This document shows positions 35,118 through 48,457 of a stretch of DNA of 64,000 nucleotides, piece by piece. The notes beneath the pieces are model-generated. The model made no database searches and was not told the origin of the DNA. It saw nothing but the letters and a program-made list of their open reading frames with translations. Both the position numbers and the translations under genes were made by a program. Numbering within the stretch: position 1 is the first letter of the stretch; each line of letters begins with the position of its first letter. The DNA comes from Alloascoidea hylecoeti (lineage: Eukaryota): NCBI GenBank assembly GCA_001600815.1, contig BCKZ01000014.1, positions 372,001 through 436,000 on the forward strand, read 5' to 3'.

Positions 35118-36761
35118 ATGCCTACTTATTATGATGAATCAATTGATCCTCATGATCCAGATGATGATGCTTTTAATGATAAATTAACACCAAGTCATAC
35201 AGTTCAAAGTGTTCAACATAAATTAAATGTAGTTAAGCCAGAAGATCAATCAATACCAAAACCAAAATCTGCATATATTTTAGTTTCAATCTTTTGTCTT
35301 TTAACAGCATTTGGTGGATTTGTATTTGGTTGGGATACAGGTACAATTTCTGGATTTTTAAATATGACTGATTTTCAACAACGTTTTGGTGAGCCCAAAA
35401 AAGATGGTACTGGTTATCAATTTCCAAAAATTAGAACTGGTTTAGTTGTTGGGATCTTTAATGTTGGTTGTGCGATTGGTGGTGTTTTTTTAAGTAAACT
35501 TGGTGATATGTGGGGTAGAAGAAAAGGAATTATGTCAATTATGGTTTTATATATTGGTGGCATTGCAATTCAAATATCAAGTAATGAATTATGGATTCAA
35601 TATATGATTGGTAGAATTATTTCTGGTTTAGCTGTTGGTGGTATAGCAGTTATTGTACCAATGTTTATTTCAGAAACTTCTCCAAAACAAATTAGAGGTA
35701 CTTTAGTTTCTTGTTATCAATTAATGATTACAATTGGTATATTTGCTGGTTATTGTACAACATATGGTACAAAATCAAGAAATGATTCAACTCAATGGAG
35801 AATTCCTTTAGGACTTTGTTTTTTATGGGCAATTTTTTTAATAACTGGTATGATTTTAATGCCTGAATCACCAAGATTTTTAGTTCAAAAAGGTATGCTT
35901 GAAAAAGCAAGACAATCATTGGCAAGAATTAATAGAGTTTCACCAGAAGATACTTCAGTTTATGCAGAAATTGAAGAAATTGATAGTGCAATTGATTTTG
36001 AAAGATCTCAAGGTAAAGCAACTTGGGGTGAATTAATAACTGGAAAACCAAAAATTTTTAAAAGAGTTTTTATAGGTGTTGTTGTTCAATCATTACAACA
36101 ATTAACTGGTGCAAATTATTTTTTTTATTATGGTACAACAATTTTTAATGCAATTGGTATGGATGATTCATTTGTAACATCAATGATTCTTGGTGCTGTT
36201 AATTTTATAACAACATTTGGGGGACTTTATATTGTTGATAGATATGGTCGTCGAAAAGCTTTAATGGGTGGTTCAATGCTTATGTTTTCATGTATGTGTG
36301 TCTTTGCAGCAGTTGGTGTTACAAAACTTTATCCAGATGGTTATGATGGAGAAACAAGTAAAGCAGCTGGAAATGTAATGATTTTATTTACATGTCTTTT
36401 CATTACTGGATTTGCAACAACTTGGGCACCAATTGCATGGGTTGTTGTGGCAGAAACTTATCCAGTTCGTATAAGATCAAAAGGAATGTCAATTGCAAAT
36501 GCAGCAAATTGGTTATGGGGTTTTGTAATTTCATTTTTTACACCTTTTATAACTGAATCAATTCATTTTTATTATGGTTTTATATTTGCTGGATGTTTAT
36601 TATTTTCAATATTTTTTGTTTTTATGTTTGTGCCAGAAACAAAAGGTTTAACTTTAGAACAAGTTGATGAAATGTATGCTTCTGGTGTATCTGCTTTTAA
36701 ATCTGCTTCTTGGGATTCTCAAAAAGTTTATAAAGATATGGAAAGTAAAGATTATGATTAA
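35118..36761 (+). CDS. HXT: Hexose transporter (HXT family)
   Basis: [50 protein letters not shown]. Confidence 0.95.
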   Translation: MPTYYDESIDPHDPDDDAFNDKLTPSHTVQSVQHKLNVVKPEDQSIPKPKSAYILVSIFCLLTAFGGFVFGWDTGTISGFLNMTDFQQRFGEPKKDGTGYQFPKIRTGLVVGIFNVGCAIGGVFLSKLGDMWGRRKGIMSIMVLYIGGIAIQISSNELWIQYMIGRIISGLAVGGIAVIVPMFISETSPKQIRGTLVSCYQLMITIGIFAGYCTTYGTKSRNDSTQWRIPLGLCFLWAIFLITGMILMPESPRFLVQKGMLEKARQSLARINRVSPEDTSVYAEIEEIDSAIDFERSQGKATWGELITGKPKIFKRVFIGVVVQSLQQLTGANYFFYYGTTIFNAIGMDDSFVTSMILGAVNFITTFGGLYIVDRYGRRKALMGGSMLMFSCMCVFAAVGVTKLYPDGYDGETSKAAGNVMILFTCLFITGFATTWAPIAWVVVAETYPVRIRSKGMSIANAANWLWGFVISFFTPFITESIHFYYGFIFAGCLLFSIFFVFMFVPETKGLTLEQVDEMYASGVSAFKSASWDSQKVYKDMESKDYD

Positions 36762-39066
36762 TATTAATTAAAGATTAATTAAAATTTAAAGATTATGAAT
36801 AAAATGAATAAAATTATAAAATTGAAAAATTGAAAAAAAAAAAAAAAAGTATTTTAGTGAGCTTGAAACTAGCTAATATTTATTATTTATTGTCCTTTTT
36901 TGTTTTTCATATTTCTATAAACTATAGGTGTGTGCACCTATAATATAGATCAAATTAGAATAATATTAAAGAGGAAGTAGTTGAATACAAACAAAACTAA
37001 TAAACATAAGTATTAATAGAATATTATTACGTTGGAATGAACCCATAGAATATTGTCAACGGATAACAGTGTAGTGACATGTAAAATTACATGAACAAAT
37101 TCTAGTGAATCGCCAATTTACATAATCCATGAAAGGGCGTCCCCAGCCGAAATGGTTCTTCCTCCGGAAAGATTAATGGAAAATGACTGGGGAATATTAT
37201 ACTATTATCTAAATATCTCAAAAATTAATAGACAACAATTACCAAAAGAAAAAAAAAAAAAAAAGTGCCAGTGGTAGAAATAAAAGAAGATACTAAAATA
37301 CTAAAATACTCTCAGAAATAGAAATGGCGAATTCATATTTTTGTAAAATGGCAAATTATTAATCTTCTTGGTGAACAACATTTTTGGATGAGAAATCACG
37401 AAATAACTTTATACAAATGATGTACTTCTTGATAGCGATCTGGTCGAAAAATTACTATACATCCAAATTCCGTAATATATTGAAACTAATTAGCGATATC
37501 TGGACCACCGAGGAAACAAGTTTATTCTCCACGGATTGTTCAAATTATGTCAACAAAAATGACGCTTTTGTCGACCCAATTTATGTCAAAGCAGCTGACG
37601 AAACAAAAAGAAAAAAACTAATGAAAATATATGCCACCAGGGTAACCTGAATTTTAATTACCAATACCTACTTTACAGACACTTCAGTGATGAACATCAC
37701 CTTATGACGAATCTGGACAAGAAAAATTTCACATCATTGCTGTCTTAGTATTCTTAAAATTATGCAAGGTATCCTAAACGGCAGTTGCTATGTTTCTAAT
37801 ATAACTTCAATTAAATTCTTATCATATGGTATATCAAAATATGAGTAAAATTTATTAATGTTATAATAATATATCTATATTCAGAATGAAACAAGATATG
37901 GCATTGTGGTGTAGCTATACGCGTAATTAGCCTAATGTAAACCTGAGGGAGATAAAATTGATAAAGATTATACTCTCAATGAATATAGAGAGGAAGGGCC
38001 ACTTACATAGGAGGTATTAGACCTAAGAAAAAGTAACACATACACCAGAGCACCATTAGAAATATTAACGGGAAATGATTGGAGCATACTAAATATCTGA
38101 AAAAACAATTTACTACATGAGTTCTTCATTTAAATAGTTTCTAGTTAGTTTTTTTTAATTGGAGATTATATAAAAAGTTTGAAAGGAAAATCCACCTACT
38201 TCTTAATCTCAAATATATCTATTGGGTTGTGGTTCCTCTAATTATGTATTAGCTATAGCATGATCATTGTTCTCAGTCAAATTCCGTAGTTATTATTATG
38301 ATGGTAAGGAATATATTACTTGTTTCAAGAGTCATTTGGTCCACCTTTTTCATCATGTTTAGGAACACACAACACAAAAGTAATACGTTCACAACATTAA
38401 CTCAACTAATGAGAATCAATTAGCCGTAAGACGTAAGTTATAACCTATTAGTACTTTTAAAAAGATGTCATAATATAGCTATAGCTAGTATTGCAGTGAT
38501 ATCAGAAGAAAACATGAATTTTTTTGTTTAGAAGTTGAAAGTAAAAGAGTGTGAATATAACCATATAGGCTGAGTTTCGGTCGGCTATCAGTCCTATAAA
38601 TATAACAAATGAAAGATTAGTTATAGATCTATATGGGGTTTGAAGATTTTCATATTATCGAAGTAAATAGTTTCTAGATAGAATTCTGAAAAGTTTAAAA
38701 AACCTTAGTATTCAGTGATACTGGTGGGCTATTTTGTCATTCTTCTTTTAGCACATTAATTAGTCACACTTGTGTTGCTTTAGGGCTACTAAATAAGATC
38801 AAGATCGCAATCACATTATCAATTATATGCAATTCAGGTTCATTTTAGAGGTAAATATTCGTATCAAAAGGCAAAAAAGTGTATTTAGCTACGATATAAT
38901 ATAATTAATCATCTAAATGTTATATTTATTATTAATTCATATAATTAAGTCCTAGCTATTATATAAATGATTTGAGTTTTTTTTCATATATTATATCTCA
39001 TGTACCTGCATATCTTCTTTCTTCAAAGAAAAGTTATCATCATGCGAATAATTTCAGTTCCGTATC

Positions 39067-40332
39067 TCAATGATACTCTGGTAACAGATGTTCTGGTAAA
39101 TACCTTTCATTTATATTAGCGAGATTATATAAAAATGAACCTTCAATAAAATCGTAGTTTCCTTCCTCATCCTTTAAATATAAATTGAGAAAGGTGTCTG
39201 GATCAACAATGGGGTCACAATAAGTGAAAGGTATTAAATCGCTATCAGTTTCATCATCAGTTTCTAACAAACACGTTGTTGGTGTCTCTATAAATAAGCT
39301 CTGCAATTTTAATTTTGTCGATACGGTAGAAAACTTAGATGATAGGATAAGTACTATAGTATCTCGAATTGAAATCAGTGCATCTGCACACTTTGGGAGA
39401 TTGTCGTTATAGGGTTGTGCAAAGTTATAAAACGCACAAACAATAAAATAAAAATTCGAAATAAGCGAAAAATATTGAGCTAATAATAACTCAAATTTAA
39501 TACCATTATCAATATCTGAAGCAAGCGCATAGAAGTCAAAACCACCTATAACCCACGTATCATTGAATTCCTTATTTTCTGGCCCAAAGTCCAATAATGA
39601 ATTTGAGTAGTTACTCATAAAAAGTATTATCTTCTTATAAAAATAACAAATTGTAATAAGATTTTTGTTAATCATTGTGATATACTCCAAATAATTATTG
39701 TTTAATGTTAAGTCTATTTCTGAAGGATTCACCGTTAAACCATTATTTGTTAATGTGGTTTCTTCTAAATTAAAGTAATAATTGTTAATATCATTGGAAA
39801 TGCAGCGTTGTGTCCTAGATGAAAGAGCAGATTTTGTGGAAACCGTTATTAGTGCCATTTCTAAAAGGTGGTTTGCTCTCTTTTGAATTATCCTGTCATT
39901 CTCCTTGTGTAAATTAATTAATTTAACAATATAATCTCTACTTTGTCTGTCGATTTGATTAGCTTCGTATTTAGCAGTTATATTGAATGGATTTACAGAT
40001 GACTCTGTACTTCTTAATACTAAGCTTCCCATCTTAATTGTAGGTGCAGCAAAAATATTAAGATATGAATATGGAGGAGGATTAGTCTTTGGATAATCAT
40101 AATGATCACTATGGGTATTGTTTTCGGAATTCAGTGAAGTATTTAAATTGTCTTTACCAGTATTCTCTGGTGCATATTTAATTTCAGTTGAATTTGAAGA
40201 AACAAAATTTGTTTGATTGTTTGAAATTGAAGCAGTTATAACACCAGTATCAATATTATTCGAACCTTGACCAGTAGTTAAAGGTTCATCATTGTGAGTC
40301 TCGTTAATATTTTTCATCCCTTGATCAGACAT
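39067..40332 (-). CDS. Orphan protein, 421 aa, disordered N-terminus with PPPY motif followed by a probable helical domain
   Basis: Intact 1.27 kb intronless ORF with ATG in an A-rich context. No recognised homology. Confidence 0.7.
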   Translation of the reverse strand: MSDQGMKNINETHNDEPLTTGQGSNNIDTGVITASISNNQTNFVSSNSTEIKYAPENTGKDNLNTSLNSENNTHSDHYDYPKTNPPPYSYLNIFAAPTIKMGSLVLRSTESSVNPFNITAKYEANQIDRQSRDYIVKLINLHKENDRIIQKRANHLLEMALITVSTKSALSSRTQRCISNDINNYYFNLEETTLTNNGLTVNPSEIDLTLNNNYLEYITMINKNLITICYFYKKIILFMSNYSNSLLDFGPENKEFNDTWVIGGFDFYALASDIDNGIKFELLLAQYFSLISNFYFIVCAFYNFAQPYNDNLPKCADALISIRDTIVLILSSKFSTVSTKLKLQSLFIETPTTCLLETDDETDSDLIPFTYCDPIVDPDTFLNLYLKDEEGNYDFIEGSFLYNLANINERYLPEHLLPEYH

Positions 40333-41383
40333 ATTTATTAATATTTAAATTCCAACGGTATGAAGAAAAAAGTATAGGTTTATAGTGACTGAAGTTGTAG
40401 AAATGAAGAGCTAAGGAATAAAAAAAAACTTATACACCGGAAAAGGCAAGGGCAACCATACCAATAGGCTATATTCTGTATTTGGTATATGCATAATATA
40501 AATAATTAGAGTTTTAAAATTAAATAACTAGAGTCTTGACCATCAGCAAATATATTTTCAACCCGGTACATGCATAACTATTGGCCATACATTATTGTAA
40601 CTGTGAATAGCTAACTTCTATATTAATATTTATCTCTAAGATTAAATCTCACCACTGTCCTTCTTTTTCCGCCGCTCATTATGATCATGATAAATAGTCT
40701 TAACACATTTATATGCGGTATTTGAATGCACGTATAATTCATTTGGATTGATGCATACTCGAAAACCTTAAATTAGAAAGCTTAGGCTTAAAAAAAATGC
40801 AACATCCGTCAACTGCAATTGCAAATTTTAAAGGGTTCTAGTTTTGTGTGTAGTACTGTACCTAACAAAGGATAATAGTTACGTCTAGAACTGGAAGAGG
40901 AGACAATAATTAATTTTAAATACCCTTAATTAGCTTTAAAGTGTTATACTAGCTTATCATTTATACTTCCTATAAGTCAAATGTCTAAGCTGATATTAAT
41001 GAAAAAGTTTCATTCTACCAATAATTAAGTTTAATACCTGATTACAAGACTGTACACAATGTAGGATACATATACTATTCAAAATTTCATATTATTTAAA
41101 AATGGACTCTGCAGATATGTAATATCTACTTTTAGCTATTCTCTGACTTGGCTGCATAACTCTACCACTGTACATTTTGGAAATACAATTTGATGGCTGA
41201 GCACTGTTCTATCCTATTTTGTATATATATATATCAATTGCATAATACTGTTCGACTATTAATTTGATATGTATCAGGAAGGTATAACAATATATATTTA
41301 TAGCCACAAAAACTAGCAAGCGCCAGAATAATCTCTATATTAGCTTCACACTTCTAAAAAATAATTTCAACCCTTTTTCTATC

Positions 41384-42532
41384 ATGTCCACCATTTATAA
41401 TTATAGAATAATGCCTAACAATACTGATTACGGTATGGATATAGATGTTTTAAAGAAAGCAAAAAAGTTCTTTACTGTTTCACTGTGTTATCAGGAACCT
41501 GTGGACATCAATAACCATATAAGAGTTGGGCTAAGTACTGAGGCCAAATTTAAAATGACAAATACTTTTGTCGGTACGTTCAACGATCCTGAAAGATCCA
41601 CTGTGAACTTTTATTCGGAGTTTTGCGATCTTTCACCATTAACAAAATACATCCACCAGCCTGATAAAAAAAAGTTAAGTACTAAGATTACCATGTCCAC
41701 GTTATACAGTATACTAGTGATCGATACTGAGCTGAAAGCAGTTCCTAGTGTGAATTTTAATAGTATTTCAATATCTATTGCAGATCATGAGCCTTCAGAC
41801 TCCGGGATTATTCATCGATTATACCCAAATATTATATTATCTCAGCGAATGGTGGAAAAGCGTCTTTCAGTCAAAGATAAATATAAAATAGAAGAGTTAC
41901 TCTTAGGTCTTATGCATGTTATAATGGAAAAGTTTGAATTTCAATATCTGCAAACCACAGATGGCCATGTAATGAGTTGTAGAGGTTCAAAATATGGATA
42001 CACTATAATTCCTCCTGGTATAGTAAATATGGTTGGTAACAATGATGTTGGAGAGATAGAGAGTTACAGTCATTGTACTCTTTCTAAGGTGTTAAAAGAA
42101 TTAAAAGAATTTGCGTCTATGCAAGGAGTGGGTCGCAAGAAAGTTGTGCCCAAAACCCTGGAGAGGTATCCACACACAACTACTGATCAGGTATCAAGAA
42201 TTAAGAGAGCATATGATATGAACCCATATGACCGAAATAGACATACATTAGAAAATGATCAAATAAACCATCTTATTGCTGTTTTCAAAATTGAAGATAA
42301 ATATCTTGGGTTAACTAATCTGATGAAAAATATAAATCATTACTTGGGTAACTTCAAGGGACTTATAGAAATTGACTTAGATCGTTTCATGAAAAGTACT
42401 GAATTCCTAAGATGGGTTGCATCCTTACAACCTGTAGTTGGTATTTACAATAATGGTTCACAGAAAATATCAAACATGAAGAAATATTCAAATACCAATC
42501 GGAAAATCAAAAAGTCTGTTAGATTCGCATAA
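41384..42532 (+). CDS. Orphan protein, 382 aa, C-terminal basic tail ending KKSVRFA
   Basis: Intact 1.15 kb intronless ORF of globular-looking composition. TATA-like TATATATTTATA and GCCACAAAAA lie 70-95 bp upstream. Confidence 0.7.
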   Translation: MSTIYNYRIMPNNTDYGMDIDVLKKAKKFFTVSLCYQEPVDINNHIRVGLSTEAKFKMTNTFVGTFNDPERSTVNFYSEFCDLSPLTKYIHQPDKKKLSTKITMSTLYSILVIDTELKAVPSVNFNSISISIADHEPSDSGIIHRLYPNIILSQRMVEKRLSVKDKYKIEELLLGLMHVIMEKFEFQYLQTTDGHVMSCRGSKYGYTIIPPGIVNMVGNNDVGEIESYSHCTLSKVLKELKEFASMQGVGRKKVVPKTLERYPHTTTDQVSRIKRAYDMNPYDRNRHTLENDQINHLIAVFKIEDKYLGLTNLMKNINHYLGNFKGLIEIDLDRFMKSTEFLRWVASLQPVVGIYNNGSQKISNMKKYSNTNRKIKKSVRFA

Positions 42533-42613
42533 TTAATATTTTTTGTTATATCAGGTTTAACCGTTGTTACGCCAGCTATATCTAAATTGTTTCTATAATC
42601 AATCAATTCATGG

Positions 42614-42771
42614 ACTTTTTTTCATCCGTACAACCACATAATATTTCCACTTATATATATAAACTTAACAATCCAATATTGATTCCAAATTGTAATTTCA
42701 AGTTATATATTTATATGTAGTATTTAATATATATAAGCGGAAATATTATGTGGTTGTACGATGAAAAAAGT
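42614..42771. repeat. Long imperfect inverted repeat (~46 bp arms, ~66 bp spacer)
   Basis: 42614-42660 actttttttcatccgtacaaccacataatatttccacttatatatat versus reverse complement of 42727-42771 acttttttcatcgtacaaccacataatatttccgcttatatatat. Confidence 0.92.
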
Positions 42772-43431
42772 GTCACGAAATACTTTCAGACAAACTTTTT
42801 ATTAATATACATATGCATATGCCTATTTGTATTCTCCTAATAAAATTTTAAATGTATTTATATTAGTAATTTATAGTTACGTAAATATTTCCCTCTTATC
42901 ATTTTGAATATGTTTTTCAATACTATAAATACTTTATAAAATGATTTCTTTTATGATTATATGTTATAGAATATAACTTAGAGCTAAAGTGGATGTCACG
43001 CTCCATGTCTAGATATTTTCCACCAGCAATACTGTTGAATAACAATATAGTCAATTTATATAATTTTATGTTTTCCATTTTCTATGATTTTGTAGCTATA
43101 GATTTACAATGTGTTTTATGAAAATAATATATATATAAAATCAGTAGTTCAACAAAGATAAATATCAAAAAATTAAAAGCTTTAAGGAAGCTCAAGACAA
43201 TTCTAAATCTGACATAAATTTTAAGCGTCAGATCTAGATGGAGAAATCAGAGACCATTATTTATGAGTTGCCTTGTAGTTAGACTATACCGATCTCCAAA
43301 ATTATCTCATTTTATACTTGTATTTAAGATCTAGATTGATGTAAGTATTCTATTTGTATATTCCTTTCAATAATACATAGTGTTTCTCAATATTTCTTGT
43401 AAATTCATTATGGTGATAGGGTTAATCTATC

Positions 43432-45094
<1,663 letters not shown>

Positions 45095-45204
45095 TTTGGC
45101 GGAGTGGAACAAAAAAGCTTTCTTTATGAAAGGTTTCATGTATCTTTTTTTTTTCAAATCTGTTTTTCCTTTTGTGTTAAGCTTTCTTTGTAAAAAGACG
45201 TTAG

Positions 45205-45236
45205 CACGTGAGATGAATTTTTGCTAATGTTACCCG
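45205..45236. promoter_or_regulatory. Bidirectional TGT/ELP4 promoter: CACGTG, PAC/RRPE-like GAGATGAATTTTT, Reb1-like TTACCCG
   Basis: Motifs cluster in the 205 bp between the two ATGs. Confidence 0.6.
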
Positions 45237-45299
45237 CACTTCAACCAAACCTCCAAATGATCCAAAAAAAAAATTATCAAGTTTTTATAAAAACCAAAA

Positions 45300-46742
45300 A
45301 TGTCATTCAAAAGAAAAGGGGTTGTTATAAATGCCGATAGATCAGATAGACAAACTCAGCAAATACCTGGATCTCCAGTTTCCAGCCCAATTTCTCGTGG
45401 AAATATACGAACACCAATACAATCACCTAGAGGTATAGCATCTCCTTCATCTTTACGATCACCACCTTCATTTATTTCTCCCAATAGAAATATACGCCCA
45501 ACACCTCCTCTATCCAATCAATTGAATAATTTACATCTAAGAAATCAAAAAAAAGAGGAAAGCATTCCACATATTGGAGTTAGACCTTCGTTAATCACAT
45601 CTCAACCAACTATTTCAACAGGCTGTAATGACCTTGATAAACTATTAACTCATCAAGGATTACCCCTGGGGTCGATCTTATTAATTGAAGAATCTGGGAC
45701 CACGGATTTTTCAGGTGTTTTATTACGAAACTTTGCATCTCAAGGTGTGATCCATCAACGTCTTGTTACATCGGAAAGTTCAAAAAATTTAGGACCACCA
45801 ATTCATAAAAATTCTCCAGAAACCCATGTTATTGTTGTTGGTGTTGATAATTCATGGGGTAGAGATTTACCAAGTGTTTATAAAGAAAGTGGCCGAAATG
45901 CCAAAAAAATATTAGCACAGGAAGAAACATCTAAAATCACTGTTCAAAATATGATTGGTAATAATAGCGGTAATGAACGTGAAACAAAAAATTTAAAAAT
46001 TGCTTGGAGGTATGGATTAAAAAATGAATCTTCATCTTCATCTTCACCACCGCCATCCACCGCTTCTTCAAATTCTAGCCATTATAATAATATATTTGAT
46101 ATTAAAACTCGGTTATTACCTTCACCTTCTTCAAATGAAGTAACTTGCTTACCACCGAATATAACTCCAAATCAAAATATTTATTTCACAACCATAATTG
46201 AAAGGATTAAAAATATAATTAAAACTCAAAATCAACATTCAAATTCAAATTCAAACTCCAATATATTTAGAATTATTATTCCAAATTTATTACATCCTGC
46301 AACATATCCTCCAACATGTTCAACCCCATCCAAAATTATACCATTCTTACATGAACTTCGAAGTTTAACACGTCTTTATCCAACTCAAATATCAATAATT
46401 ATATCTTATCCATTAGAATTATATTCTAAAAATCAATCAATTACAAAGTGGATTGAAAAAATCTCAGATTCAGTTATTCATTTAGAACCATTTAATGAAA
46501 GTTTAATGAAATTAATTGAAAAATCAAATAATTCAAATATATTACCACAAAAAGATTTACAACAAGGATTTGTAAATATTTATAAATTACCAATTAGTAG
46601 TGAAAGAGGACAAATGGAAATCAGAAAAAAAGAATTAGCGTTTAGAAATGGCAGAAGACAATTTCAAATTGAAGAATGGGGGATTCCTGTTGAAGATAAT
46701 GATGATGAAAATATTAATACAACAATAAATTTAGACTTTTAA
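45300..46742 (+). CDS. ELP4: Elongator subunit Elp4
   Basis: MSFKRK, GVRPSLITSQPTISTGCNDLDKLLTHQGLPLG, EESGTTDF, LKIAWRY, FQIEEWGIPVE, C-terminal LDF. Confidence 0.94.
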   Translation: MSFKRKGVVINADRSDRQTQQIPGSPVSSPISRGNIRTPIQSPRGIASPSSLRSPPSFISPNRNIRPTPPLSNQLNNLHLRNQKKEESIPHIGVRPSLITSQPTISTGCNDLDKLLTHQGLPLGSILLIEESGTTDFSGVLLRNFASQGVIHQRLVTSESSKNLGPPIHKNSPETHVIVVGVDNSWGRDLPSVYKESGRNAKKILAQEETSKITVQNMIGNNSGNERETKNLKIAWRYGLKNESSSSSSPPPSTASSNSSHYNNIFDIKTRLLPSPSSNEVTCLPPNITPNQNIYFTTIIERIKNIIKTQNQHSNSNSNSNIFRIIIPNLLHPATYPPTCSTPSKIIPFLHELRSLTRLYPTQISIIISYPLELYSKNQSITKWIEKISDSVIHLEPFNESLMKLIEKSNNSNILPQKDLQQGFVNIYKLPISSERGQMEIRKKELAFRNGRRQFQIEEWGIPVEDNDDENINTTINLDF

Positions 46743-47458
46743 ATATATTATAAACTATTACCATATTATATTGATGGTCATAAAAATATCAATGATCAAC
46801 TGAAAAACTTTTAAGCGTTTTATATATCCCAATTCTTTTCACTCTCAACTGTAAAATATAATGATACTCTAGATATTGTATCTTATTCAGGACCCATTTT
46901 CTGCTTCTCTAGGCTATAAATCCTAATTAGATCATACTTCATCTTTTTACATTCTAGCAGTTCAATAAGTATATAGTAGACAACGACACTGTAATTAATG
47001 GTGTAATCACAAATATGCTGAATAGGGGGACGAAAGATATGTCAAGCAGAAATATATGAGAAACCCCAAAATAATTAATAATATTTCATCACCCAGGAAG
47101 CCGATTATGAATTTCCAAAGTGACGAAATTATCCCTCCTTTATGGTGAATTCAGAGTGCAAAAACTGCATAAATTTATGAAAACATGCAAAACCAGTTCA
47201 GTATTCTTTAGCGAAGCTAACTATAATACAATTCATACTAAAAGATATATCAAAGATACAAAATAACATCTTATAGATACTTTAGTTACTGTTACAGATT
47301 TATACACTACATGATCATTATGAATAGATATGAGTTATGTAAAAATTATTTATATACAATATTTTCATTTCTAATTTTTAAATATGGTTTTGCCTTCCCA
47401 AAATATTAGGTATCATTATATGGATGTGAATATATGAAGGTGAATGAATTATAAAGAA

Positions 47459-48328
47459 CTAATGTTCAATATATTGTTGTTTAATTTCCTTTTCAGTTGG
47501 TGTAAAATTTATAGCAGTATCAGGAGAGATTTGACCATCACCATTATAATGTGCTTTGAAAAAAGTATAATGTAAAACAATATCTTGAACATTTCTCAAT
47601 TGTGGATCATTGGCAAATTCAGGATCTAAAAAGAAAAATACTGGCATATCAACTTCTTCACCAGCTAATAATTTTTGTTCTTCAAAACAAAAACATTGAA
47701 TTTTATTAAAATATTGGGCAGCAATTTCAGGAGTTACTGAATATGTAGCCATTCCAATTATATCTTGATCCGAGTTATTTCTTGCTTTATAAAATGCTAA
47801 AGCTGTTTCACCTGGTTTAACCCTTACATTTCTTTGTTGTGGAGTAAATTTCCATGGTAAGATTGCACTTGTTTCACCGCTAAAATTAACAGTTATTCTT
47901 TTATTTGTATCAACTGGGATTAGTTTATCTCTTGTAAATTTTGATGAGTCAGTAATTGGAGTACCAGCCCAACCAGTTCTTTGACAGATAGCACGATAAA
48001 CAGGTACAGCAGCATAACCTAAAGCTAAGAAGAAAACACCAATAGAAGCAACATAATAGGCAGCGGTTGCAGATCCCTTTCTTTGCTGTTTTTCTTTTAG
48101 TTTTTGAATGAGAATTCTTTTTTCATTTTCTGGTAGAGAATTCACCCATTCTTTAAGATCAGCTTTGCTATGTGGTTCCGTTGAAGCATATCTTTTCTTT
48201 ATTAGTAATGATGTGGAGGTTTGTTTTAGGGAAGGATATGAAGATATTAGCAAGTTACTGTTCAGTTTCGGACTCAATCTGGATGTGAATGGTAGTCTTG
48301 TGAATGGTGTTAATACTGAAGCACGCAT
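47459..48328 (-). CDS. COX11: Cytochrome c oxidase copper chaperone Cox11
   Basis: YAAVPVYRAIC, PGETALAFY, YFNKIQCFCFEEQ, mitochondrial presequence. Confidence 0.97.
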   Translation of the reverse strand: MRASVLTPFTRLPFTSRLSPKLNSNLLISSYPSLKQTSTSLLIKKRYASTEPHSKADLKEWVNSLPENEKRILIQKLKEKQQRKGSATAAYYVASIGVFFLALGYAAVPVYRAICQRTGWAGTPITDSSKFTRDKLIPVDTNKRITVNFSGETSAILPWKFTPQQRNVRVKPGETALAFYKARNNSDQDIIGMATYSVTPEIAAQYFNKIQCFCFEEQKLLAGEEVDMPVFFFLDPEFANDPQLRNVQDIVLHYTFFKAHYNGDGQISPDTAINFTPTEKEIKQQYIEH

Positions 48329-48457
48329 AGTAAGGGATGCCTATTGAAGGCCAAAAATCAGAAGGTTGAAAAATCAGAATCGGCAAGACACCCGTACACC
48401 CACCCGTGGGATCCTAAAGTTTCCGTGCTCTGCTTGGGATGAATAAATTATCAGAAT

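Noticed and set aside
41384..42532. Possible resemblance of the orphan to 2-micron Rep1 or to Rec102 (TVNFYS, FEFQY)
   Set aside because: Only short recalled word matches with inconsistent spacing. Cannot be supported without a profile search.
43033..43154. TGTTGAA...TTCAACA ends resembling a solo LTR
   Set aside because: Only 122 bp, no 5-bp target-site duplication (aatac vs aagat), and no second copy seen.
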